Assembly: GCA_029974275.1 (NCBI GenBank)
Contig: JARKSN010000234.1
Span: 1-10,286 of the forward strand
Length of the DNA: 10,286 nt
DNA from: Candidatus Hydrogenedentota bacterium
GTDB lineage: Bacteria > Hydrogenedentota > Hydrogenedentia > Hydrogenedentales > SLHB01
Direction of reading: 5' to 3'
The notes under the pieces were generated by a model. It was given only the letters and a program-made list of their open reading frames with translations. It was not told where the DNA came from and made no database searches. The position numbers and the translations under genes are program-made. Positions 1-7,185 of the stretch are shown here, in pieces. The first letter of the stretch is position 1; every line of letters starts with the position of its first letter.

Positions 1-49
1 CGGATTTTTGCGGCGGGAACCCGGGGCTACTTGCCCAAAAGGCGGCTGG

Positions 50-98
50 AAATGTTGCCCCAAATGTTGCACCAAAATTCGGCATTTCGTGGTGCAAC
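50..98. repeat. Tandem 12-bp direct repeat plus inverted copy downstream of tRNA 3' end (integrase arm-site-like)
   Basis: AAATGTTGCCCC (50-61) followed directly by AAATGTTGCACC (62-73). GTTGCACCA (66-74) has a perfect inverted copy TGGTGCAAC (90-98). Partial copy TTGCCCAAAA at 31-40. Confidence 0.6.
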
Positions 99-211
99 GA
101 GGCAAAAATTGGCAATGAAGAGGCATTTATCCATAACAGCGTAACAGATGATGCAGATCGCATTTCGACCAATAAAGACAAGGGTTTGCAAGAGGTGGCA
201 AGAGAGGGGAA

Positions 212-287
212 TGGTGGAGATGAACGGGATCGAACCGTCGACCTCTTGTCTGCCAGACAAGCGCTCTCCCAACTGAGCTACATCCCC
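212..287 (-). tRNA. tRNA-Ala (anticodon GGC)
   Basis: Minus strand reads GGGGATGTAGCTCAGTTGGGAGAGCGCTTGTCTGGCAGACAAGAGGTCGACGGTTCGATCCCGTTCATCTCCACCA (76 nt). Acceptor stem GGGGATG/CATCTCC with the G3:U70 alanine identity pair, D arm GCTC/GAGC, anticodon arm CTTGT-CT GGC AG-ACAAG, T loop TTCGATC, discriminator A, encoded CCA. Confidence 0.98.
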
Positions 288-328
288 ACAGCGACGCATC
301 GCGAAATCCCCGCGTTATGCGCAGGGGA

Positions 329-358
329 AGTATACGTGAATATTCTTGCCGCAGTCAA
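329..358 (-). promoter_or_regulatory. Putative sigma70 promoter of tRNA-Ala
   Basis: Minus strand TTGACT (358-353), 18-nt spacer, TATACT (334-329), about 40 nt upstream of the mature tRNA 5' end. Confidence 0.6.
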
Positions 359-382
359 GTGCGCGGCGGCCCTGGGAAATCC

Positions 383-411
383 TTGACCGGTCATAGCCCC
401 TATGCTAGAAT
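383..411 (+). promoter_or_regulatory. Putative sigma70 promoter with extended -10 for the lipoprotein gene
   Basis: TTGACC (383-388), 17-nt spacer, TAGAAT (406-411) preceded by TGn (403-405). RBS GAGGGG (424-429) and ATG 439 follow. Confidence 0.65.
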
Positions 412-438
412 GCGCCTCGATATGAGGGGAAACATGCC

Positions 439-876
439 ATGAAGCATTCGATATGGGCGTATGCCAGCGTTTTGCTTGTAGTTGCCGTCGCAACGGGGTG
501 CGCGCGCGCCGCGCGTGACACGTCCGGCTTTGCCATCGTGGACAGCGCCACGTTCGACGCTCCCGCCGAAACCGTGTGGCAGACGACCAAGGCCGTTCTG
601 CGCGACCTGGATCTCGACATCTACACCCGCGACAAGCGCGGCACGTTTGTCGCCTTCAGCGGCGCCAAGCGTCATCTTTTTGTGCCCCACCGGACTAAGT
701 ATTCCATCACGTTGCAGCCGATCTCCGCGGATGCGACCCGGCTCTCCATCGAGACCGTCAGGCAAGTGTACGGCGTGACGTTGTTGACCTATCCCGACTG
801 GCACGACCGGAAGGCGACAGACAACAAGATCGCGATGGACATCATCGAGGGCGTAAAGGCCAAGCTCGCTCATTAG
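439..876 (+). CDS. Putative lipoprotein of unknown function (BamC/DUF3568-like helix-grip pattern)
   Basis: 145 aa with promoter and RBS upstream. Signal peptide MKHSIWAYASVLLVVAVATG-C21 has a lipobox-like end. Mature part has a strand-helix pattern (TFDAPAETVWQTTKAVLRDL), several strands and a C-terminal helix. The fold assignment is inference. Confidence 0.8.
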   Translation: MKHSIWAYASVLLVVAVATGCARAARDTSGFAIVDSATFDAPAETVWQTTKAVLRDLDLDIYTRDKRGTFVAFSGAKRHLFVPHRTKYSITLQPISADATRLSIETVRQVYGVTLLTYPDWHDRKATDNKIAMDIIEGVKAKLAH

Positions 877-999
877 CGCGTTTTCATGTTGGATGCATAC
901 GATCGGCATGTTCAAAACGCCCCGGAAAATGCACGCTCCGCAGAAATCGCCTATATGCGGAACCAATCCCTTCTAGCGCAGGAACGCCCGCAGAAGAAG

Positions 1000-3900
1000 T
1001 CATCGCTCCGATAGTTCCACCGGGGCGGATCGAATGGCCTCGATGTCCTGCAATGCCGCTTCCTGGCGCAATGCGAGGGCTTCTTCAAGCACCGCGGCAT
1101 CGACGCGCAGGTCGGCGGTGAGATTGAGTCCTTTGCTCTTCAGCTTCAGTTGCCCGGCGGCGTCTTTGCCTTTCGACTGCAATTCGAGCGCGGCGCTGTC
1201 GAAGGGCCGTTGGCTTGCCTCGCCGAGCACGGATCGCGTGACGCGTTCGAGGCTCTTCCCGCCGCTGACGTCCTGCAGATATTGAGACAGGAACAACTGC
1301 GCCAGGAAATCACGGTTCACGGTGAAGTCGCGTGTGGAGTTCAGGGCGACGGCGATGTTCGCGAGGCCGTTGATCGTGTCGTAGGCGGCGGAAGCGCTCC
1401 CGCCGGCAATGCCCGTCAACACAACCTGCGGCGGCTTGAATTCGCGCGTGAACGCGTCGAGGTCGATGTCAGACAAGGAGACCGTCGCGCGCACGGGCAC
1501 GCCAGGGGCAAGCAATTCCGCAAGAATCGCCGCGGCAACGTTGCCGCCAAACAGACGCCCTTCGAGGGTTTCGAGACGGGCCTGCCCCCCTTCGAGCACA
1601 AGGGGCGATCGCACATCTCGGAGCGATGCGCCCGCGACTTTGATCTCGGTCATGCCCAGTTGGCCTTGCCCCGTGAGCCCATCGAGATACTGCACGTCAA
1701 GCCGCATGTTGAGCCCGGCGAGCGCGGCCCAGTTGTCCGGAAGGACGAAGGTCTCCGCCTGCAACGAGAGAGCGCCCTGCGTGAGCGCAACGCCCGCATC
1801 GTCAAAGCGCAGTCCGCCCATTGCCGTAAGTTTTCCGATGGCAGCCTGCGCAAGACCTAATGAGACCAGTTCGGCAAGATCGATGTCGGCTGTGAACGGC
1901 CCCTCGACCCGCAACGGAGACAGGCCGAACTCCATGTTGTCGCTGCCAAGCTGTCCGCCCTCGCCCAACACGGCGTTCACGTGGGTCAAACGGCCGGTTC
2001 CCTTTGAAAGATCGAGCTGCATCGACGCCTTGGCCCGAAGCGGCGTTTGGCTTCCCTCGGGCAAAAACGGCAGGAGGAGCGCGGCCGCGACGGCGTCCAG
2101 GTCGGCATTCAAGCGCACGCCTTCAAGTTGGAGCGGAGCGCGAACGACCGCCTCGCCATACACGCCCGCAACGCCCGCCAACGCGGCAAGCCCCGCGAGG
2201 TCAAGGGCGCCCGTCCATTTGCCGGATGCCGTCAACGGCGAGAGGGATAGGACAAAATCCTGGATGTTCGATCGCAGGAAATCGGGGAAATCGATGCGGA
2301 CACGATGCGCCTTTACGCGCTGAAGAGAGGGTTCCGCAACGATCGGACCTGAAATGGCCAACGGAACACTCGTCTGTCCGGCGATCAAAGGCGCAAGGTC
2401 CGACTGCACCGCGCAATCGGCGTTGAGTCCATTTGCGCCGTACGAGGCCTTGACGTCCCCCATAAAGCGCACCCCGCGCAACACGGTCATCTCGCCCATG
2501 CCCAGCAACGCGCTGAACAACGGAGCGTCGACATTCTCCAACGATAAAGCTCCCTGTATTTCGCCGTTCGGCATCGCCGATGCCGAGCAGGTCAACGCGC
2601 CTTCGCCGAGATCTCCCCTGCCGTTAAATTCCACAAGAGCCCCTTCGCCCGCGAATACGCCCTGCCCTTCGGCCTTTGCCGCGCACGGAACAATCCTTCC
2701 TCCGCTGACAATGCGCGGCGCAATCTGGCCGTTGAACGAATAGGCGTCGCCGTGAAACGCGACCGTTATAGAAGCGGAAGCCCCGTCAATCACAGGGCGA
2801 GCGTGCAGCGCATCGCGGCACATCGCAGGCAGCGCCTGCATCAGGTCAGCGCGACGCCAATCCTCGAGATCCATCCGCAACGACGCATTCGGCGGAAAAC
2901 CCTGCAGCCGCACACGAAGCGGCTTGGCCTTTGCCAGGGCCAACGTCACGTCCCATTGGTTGTCCTGCGCGGTTCCGGCGAGTTCGACGTCTCCCGAGAA
3001 CAGTTCCGCGTCGGCATGCACAAGACGCAGCGCCCCAATCTGGCCACGGACCATGGCCTTGGCCACATGCGGCGCCGCGCCGTCCAGACGCCCCGAAATC
3101 TCCGATCCCGAAACATCGAGATGCTGCGCCGCAGCGCGCAGCGCGACAGGAAGCCCCGCGCTGAGCACGAGCCCCGCAAGAAGGGGATCGTCCACGCGGA
3201 CCGTGTCGAGCGTGGACGAAAACAACCAACCCTGGTGCGACTCCCGCTTCAAATCGGCGGCGGCGTTCAAGTCCAATTGTCGTGGTATCTGTGCGATGGC
3301 GCGGCATGCCGCCGAACCATCTACGCGCAGTTCCATGCGCAGATCAATGCTTCCGCCGTCAACCGAGGTCTCGCCCGCGCCAGCAGGCGCGTCAAGGCCT
3401 CCTGTCAAATTCTTAGCGGTGAGCGAGACCACAAAGGCCGCATTTTCCGGTTGGCCGGCCTGCACCGAAATCCCCGAAAAGGAGTAGCCATATCCCTTCT
3501 CGATGCCGGAGACTTTGATGTCGTCTATCGAGCTTTCGACGGGCAAATAGGCAAGCAAAGCAAACGGTTCCCAAGCGGATGCCGACGAGGAACGTGTGGG
3601 AGACGCCGGAGGCGCATCGCTTGCAGGCGCGGTTTTTGGGGAAAAATCGGGGCGCAACGCGATCGCGTCCACGTGGACAGCGCGGAAAAAGCGGCGATCG
3701 CGCGGAAACAACGTGTACGTCGCGCGCAGGCCGGATGCTTCGAGAAACGGCTGGCGCGCCTTGCGCTGTTCGCGCGTGGCATACACTCGCAACGACTTCA
3801 CGTGCAGGCCGCCCGCCACGCCGATGCCGCGGCATTCCGCCTGAACGCCAAGAAGATATCGCGCCGCCATGTCCGCCGCGAGTCGCTGGGGCGCTTCGAG

Positions 3901-4005
3901 ACGCCACAGAAAGAGCGCCGCCGCCAGACCGATGATCAGCCAACCCAAAAACCGGCGCCGGCGTTGGAGCCAAGACTTTCCATGTGTTTGTCTCGCGTCA
4001 TCCAC
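1000..4005 (-). CDS. Large membrane-anchored AsmA/TamB/YdbH-like protein (probable bridge-like lipid transport protein)
   Basis: The listed ORF to 4227 overlaps smpB, so GTG at 4005 is the more likely start (~1001 aa; exact start uncertain). N-terminal basic patch plus TM helix (RRRRFLGWLIIGLAAALFLW), Pro/Ser/Ala linker, long run of amphipathic Gly-turn beta strands, and a YdbH/AsmA-like C-terminal segment (LETLEGRLFGGNV...LSDIDLDAF...LTGIAGGS). Confidence 0.75.
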   Translation of the reverse strand: MDDARQTHGKSWLQRRRRFLGWLIIGLAAALFLWRLEAPQRLAADMAARYLLGVQAECRGIGVAGGLHVKSLRVYATREQRKARQPFLEASGLRATYTLFPRDRRFFRAVHVDAIALRPDFSPKTAPASDAPPASPTRSSSASAWEPFALLAYLPVESSIDDIKVSGIEKGYGYSFSGISVQAGQPENAAFVVSLTAKNLTGGLDAPAGAGETSVDGGSIDLRMELRVDGSAACRAIAQIPRQLDLNAAADLKRESHQGWLFSSTLDTVRVDDPLLAGLVLSAGLPVALRAAAQHLDVSGSEISGRLDGAAPHVAKAMVRGQIGALRLVHADAELFSGDVELAGTAQDNQWDVTLALAKAKPLRVRLQGFPPNASLRMDLEDWRRADLMQALPAMCRDALHARPVIDGASASITVAFHGDAYSFNGQIAPRIVSGGRIVPCAAKAEGQGVFAGEGALVEFNGRGDLGEGALTCSASAMPNGEIQGALSLENVDAPLFSALLGMGEMTVLRGVRFMGDVKASYGANGLNADCAVQSDLAPLIAGQTSVPLAISGPIVAEPSLQRVKAHRVRIDFPDFLRSNIQDFVLSLSPLTASGKWTGALDLAGLAALAGVAGVYGEAVVRAPLQLEGVRLNADLDAVAAALLLPFLPEGSQTPLRAKASMQLDLSKGTGRLTHVNAVLGEGGQLGSDNMEFGLSPLRVEGPFTADIDLAELVSLGLAQAAIGKLTAMGGLRFDDAGVALTQGALSLQAETFVLPDNWAALAGLNMRLDVQYLDGLTGQGQLGMTEIKVAGASLRDVRSPLVLEGGQARLETLEGRLFGGNVAAAILAELLAPGVPVRATVSLSDIDLDAFTREFKPPQVVLTGIAGGSASAAYDTINGLANIAVALNSTRDFTVNRDFLAQLFLSQYLQDVSGGKSLERVTRSVLGEASQRPFDSAALELQSKGKDAAGQLKLKSKGLNLTADLRVDAAVLEEALALRQEAALQDIEAIRSAPVELSER

Positions 4006-4085
4006 GGCAAGAATTCCCGTGATCGTTATGCAAAGAATCCTATCACAGCCCACGCAGGATTGGGTGCGATTTTCCGGGTTCCCAT

Positions 4086-4114
4086 TTGAACGTCTGGCCG
4101 CTTCCGTATACCCT
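4086..4114 (+). promoter_or_regulatory. Possible sigma70 promoter for smpB
   Basis: TTGAAC (4086-4091), 17-nt spacer, TACCCT (4109-4114) in the divergent intergenic region. Imperfect match to consensus. Confidence 0.35.
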
Positions 4115-4176
4115 GTGCAGGTGCGCATAGTTTGGAGAGAATGGGCGCACGAAACTTTCCCTTTGCAGAGAGTCCC

Positions 4177-4632
4177 ATGGGCGAGAAACAGATCGTACAG
4201 AACCGGAGCGCACGGCGAGACTACCACGTCCTCGAGACCTACGAGGCGGGCATCGAACTGCGCGGAACCGAAGTGAAATCGTTGCGCGACGGCCGCATTA
4301 ACCTAAAGGACAGCTATGCGGACGTGGCGAACGGGGAGTTGCTTCTCATTGGCGCGCACATCAGTCCGTACGACAAGGGCAACGTCTGGAACCATGACCC
4401 CGAGCGAACGCGCAAGCTGCTCATGCACAAGCGCCAGATCGTCAAACTGGGCCAGCAAACCGCCGAGAAAGGCCTGACCCTTGTGCCTCTTCGCTTGTAT
4501 TTTTCGAAGGGGCTCGTGAAGGTCGAGATTGCCCTGTGCAAAGGCAAGCAGACGCACGACAAACGCGATACGATCCGCGAGCGGGAAGTGAAACGCGAGA
4601 TCGAACGATACACGAAACGTCCCAAAACCTGA
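4177..4632 (+). CDS. smpB: SsrA-binding protein SmpB
   Basis: 151 aa from ATG 4177. Family motifs NRSARRDY, YEAGIELRGTEVKSLR, HISPY, NHDPERTRKLLMHKRQI, GLTLVPLRLYF and the C-terminal KGKQTHDKR tail. Confidence 0.97.
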   Translation: MGEKQIVQNRSARRDYHVLETYEAGIELRGTEVKSLRDGRINLKDSYADVANGELLLIGAHISPYDKGNVWNHDPERTRKLLMHKRQIVKLGQQTAEKGLTLVPLRLYFSKGLVKVEIALCKGKQTHDKRDTIREREVKREIERYTKRPKT

Positions 4633-4647
4633 GCCCATAACAACGCG

Positions 4648-6015
4648 ATGCAGCCCCCCGCCACACACACAGCGTCTTCGGGATCGTCGCCGGGATCGCG
4701 ACGCACGAGATCAGGCGCCCTCCTGTTCGCAGGGGACGTCGCCGGGCTTGCCCTCAGCTCATGGCTCGCGTTGCACCTCAAGTTCTGGGGCGCGCCGCCC
4801 GAGGAACATCAACTGCCCTATCTGCTCTTTGCGCCGGCGCTGCTCGCATGGCGCTTGTATGCGGCGCACAGCTGCGGCCTATATGATTTCCGGCGCCGGC
4901 TCACGCGAACCGATCATCTTTTCGGAGCGCTGGGCGCGGCGGCGTTGGGCGTCGTTCCCGGCTACGTGCTGCTCGTATTCGTGCAACTCTACTATGCCCC
5001 CCATTTCCAATTGTCGCGAACGGTGGCCGGACTCGACGCCTTGTTCGTGGCGATATGGCTGGGAGCATCGCGGGCGGCGCTGCTGTCGTGGCTTCACGCG
5101 ACGGGATACCGCGTGCGTCTGATGCTGGCCGGAAATCCGGAGGCCTGCCGCGAACTCGAAGACGAAATTCGCGCGCGCGCGCCACGGCTTATCGAACTCG
5201 TCGGCGCCTATCCCTCGGTATCGGCATCCGACATGCCCGTAAAGGCCGATCAGATTATCCTTGTCGATCCCGACGGAGACCAGAAGCGTCTGTGCGCGTT
5301 GTTGGCGAAATGGGACGAAGCCGGCGCCGAACTCTTTCTGCTTCCCGATCTCGGGCTGTCTTCTCTCGTCCATGTGCGCGTTACAAGCATTGCGGGATTG
5401 CCGCTCGTATCGCTAAGTCCCGGCTTCGCGGCAAGGCCGTACCGCATCGTCAAGACGGCGATCGACGCAATCGTGGCGGCGATGGGATTGTTGGCGGGCT
5501 TGCCCGTGCTGTTGGCGGCGGCCGTCGCGATCAAACTAAGCTCTTCCGGGCCTGTATTCTACTCGCAACCGCGTGTGGGGCTGCGGGGTCGCATCTTCCA
5601 CATTCACAAGCTACGCACCATGATCGTCAACGCGGAAGCCGCGAGCGGGCCGGTTCTCGCTTCGGACGCCGACCCGCGCGTAACGCCGGTGGGGCGCTTT
5701 CTGCGCCGCTCGCGTCTCGACGAATGGCCCCAGCTCTGGAACGTCCTGCGCGGCGACATGAGTCTCGTGGGGCCGCGCCCGGAACGCCGTGAATTTGCGG
5801 ACCGATTCACCGCCGAGACGCCGCTGTTCGCCCGGCGTCTGTTGGTCAAGCCCGGTTTGACCGGCCTGGCGCAGATTCACGGAGGATACGAGAGCGATTA
5901 CCGTCACAAACTCCGCTACGATCTGGTATACATCAACAACATGAGCCTTGCCGCCGACCTGCGCATCCTTATCGCCACCTTCCAGACCGTCCTCACGGGC
6001 AAAGGCGCCGTGTAG
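4648..6015 (+). CDS. Polyprenyl-phosphate glycosylphosphotransferase (WcaJ/WbaP-like priming sugar transferase)
   Basis: 455 aa. Four N-terminal TM segments, a cytoplasmic linker domain, a further hydrophobic helix, then the bacterial sugar transferase domain: KLRTM, DPRVTPVGRFLRRSRLDEWPQLWNVLRGDMSLVGPRPE, VKPGLTGLAQI, KLRYDLVYI. Confidence 0.92.
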   Translation: MQPPATHTASSGSSPGSRRTRSGALLFAGDVAGLALSSWLALHLKFWGAPPEEHQLPYLLFAPALLAWRLYAAHSCGLYDFRRRLTRTDHLFGALGAAALGVVPGYVLLVFVQLYYAPHFQLSRTVAGLDALFVAIWLGASRAALLSWLHATGYRVRLMLAGNPEACRELEDEIRARAPRLIELVGAYPSVSASDMPVKADQIILVDPDGDQKRLCALLAKWDEAGAELFLLPDLGLSSLVHVRVTSIAGLPLVSLSPGFAARPYRIVKTAIDAIVAAMGLLAGLPVLLAAAVAIKLSSSGPVFYSQPRVGLRGRIFHIHKLRTMIVNAEAASGPVLASDADPRVTPVGRFLRRSRLDEWPQLWNVLRGDMSLVGPRPERREFADRFTAETPLFARRLLVKPGLTGLAQIHGGYESDYRHKLRYDLVYINNMSLAADLRILIATFQTVLTGKGAV

Positions 6016-6024
6016 TCCGCTTGT

Positions 6025-7176
6025 TTATCGATGCTCGAGCAGGCACACGGTTTCTACGTGAGCCGTGTGCGGGAAAAGGTCCACCGCCACGGTGCGGACG
6101 AGACGCCATTTCGCGGCGCAAATGATCGCAAGATCGCGCGCGAGCGTGGCGGGATCGCAAGATACATACACCATGCGGGCGGCATGGCACGCCGCCAACG
6201 ACGGCGCAATCGCTTTGGCCCCGGTCCGCGGCGGATCAAGAAGAACGACGTCCCACGGCTCCGCCGCAAGGGCATCGCAAAACGAACGTTCGTCGGCGGC
6301 CTGGTACGCGTCCGCCCGCAACGCAGCCGCCGCGCGCACCGCCGCTCCATTATGGTCATAACCGCGCACGCGCACGCCACGGGGCAAGTCCAGCGTGAGA
6401 TTCCCGTTGCCGCAGTACAGTTCGATCAGGTTTGCCGGATCGCCGATCTGCGCGCGCACCACGCGGCGAAGCGTCCGGTTCAGCAGCAAGCTGGCCTGGG
6501 AAAAGGTTCCGTTGACAATAGGCGCTCCATCAAAGAGAAACATCGCACGATCCGCCGAACGCTCGTCGAAATCGCACTGCGTGAACGCCTTGAGCAAGGC
6601 GTTGCTGGGCCGGCGCGACCACACAAGGACATCGTCGCCCTCGGGATTCACGGCGATCTCGATGTCGCCATGGCCGCGAATGCCTTCAAGACGGCGCAGG
6701 GCGGCGTTCAGATTGGGATGGCACAGCGGACACGAGGCGATCGGAACGACGTCGTGCGATTGACGCGCGTGAAAGCCCCAGCCCTCACGCGTCCCATGAA
6801 ATTCTGCGCGGGTCCTATAGCCGAGTCGGAGCGACGCGTCCTCGACCCACTCCACCTCCGTATCAAGTTTCGCAATGCGCTTCAGGGAATCGCCCACAAT
6901 GCGGCATTTCCATTCCGCCTGCGCGGGATACGAGAAATGGAGCCATGCGCAGCCGCCGCAACGTTCGTATGCCGGGCAGTCCACAGACTGCCGCACGGGC
7001 GAAGGCGTCTCGATGCCGACGATGCGCGCCCATAGAACGCCCTTGGCCTTGCGCTCGATGCACACGCGCAACGCGTCGCCCGGCAACCCATACGGCACAA
7101 AACAAACCTGCCCCTCGATGCGTCCGATGCCGTCGCCCCCATGCGCCAACGACGTAATCTCGATATGGCGTTCCAT
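6025..7176 (-). CDS. rlmD: TRAM-domain, [4Fe-4S] RNA (uracil-5)-methyltransferase, RlmD/RumA family
   Basis: 383 aa. TRAM-like N-terminus (IEITSLAHGGDGIGR...FVPYGLPGD), Fe-S cysteines CPAYERCGGC...SCPL, FSQ, SAM motif ELYCGNG, LDPPRTG, catalytic YVSCDPATLARD and DLFPHTAHVE. RBS GAGGAG upstream. The exact target base is not determinable from sequence. Confidence 0.88.
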   Translation of the reverse strand: MERHIEITSLAHGGDGIGRIEGQVCFVPYGLPGDALRVCIERKAKGVLWARIVGIETPSPVRQSVDCPAYERCGGCAWLHFSYPAQAEWKCRIVGDSLKRIAKLDTEVEWVEDASLRLGYRTRAEFHGTREGWGFHARQSHDVVPIASCPLCHPNLNAALRRLEGIRGHGDIEIAVNPEGDDVLVWSRRPSNALLKAFTQCDFDERSADRAMFLFDGAPIVNGTFSQASLLLNRTLRRVVRAQIGDPANLIELYCGNGNLTLDLPRGVRVRGYDHNGAAVRAAAALRADAYQAADERSFCDALAAEPWDVVLLDPPRTGAKAIAPSLAACHAARMVYVSCDPATLARDLAIICAAKWRLVRTVAVDLFPHTAHVETVCLLEHR

Positions 7177-7185
7177 CCGCGCTCC

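Noticed and set aside
50..204. CRISPR-like array
   Set aside because: Repeats are only 7-12 nt, with no regular 30-40 nt spacers and no cas genes.
212..287. Possible tmRNA (ssrA) end, given CTCCACCA, G3:U70 and nearby smpB
   Set aside because: The sequence folds as a complete 76-nt cloverleaf with D and anticodon arms, so it is an ordinary tRNA-Ala.
27..493. Short ORFs 27-299, 186-386 and 278-493
   Set aside because: They overlap the tRNA and the divergent promoters and show no coding features.
2752..4089. 445-aa plus-strand ORF (also 1150-1860 and 1409-2323)
   Set aside because: Arg-rich or low-information antisense frames opposite the large AsmA-like gene.
4006..4227. N-terminal extension of the 1075-aa ORF
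   Set aside because: Overlaps smpB and the divergent promoter region and is not protein-like. GTG 4005 places the TM anchor near the N-terminus as expected.
6031..7035. 334-aa plus-strand ORF
   Set aside because: Antisense to the RlmD-family gene, which carries all the family motifs.
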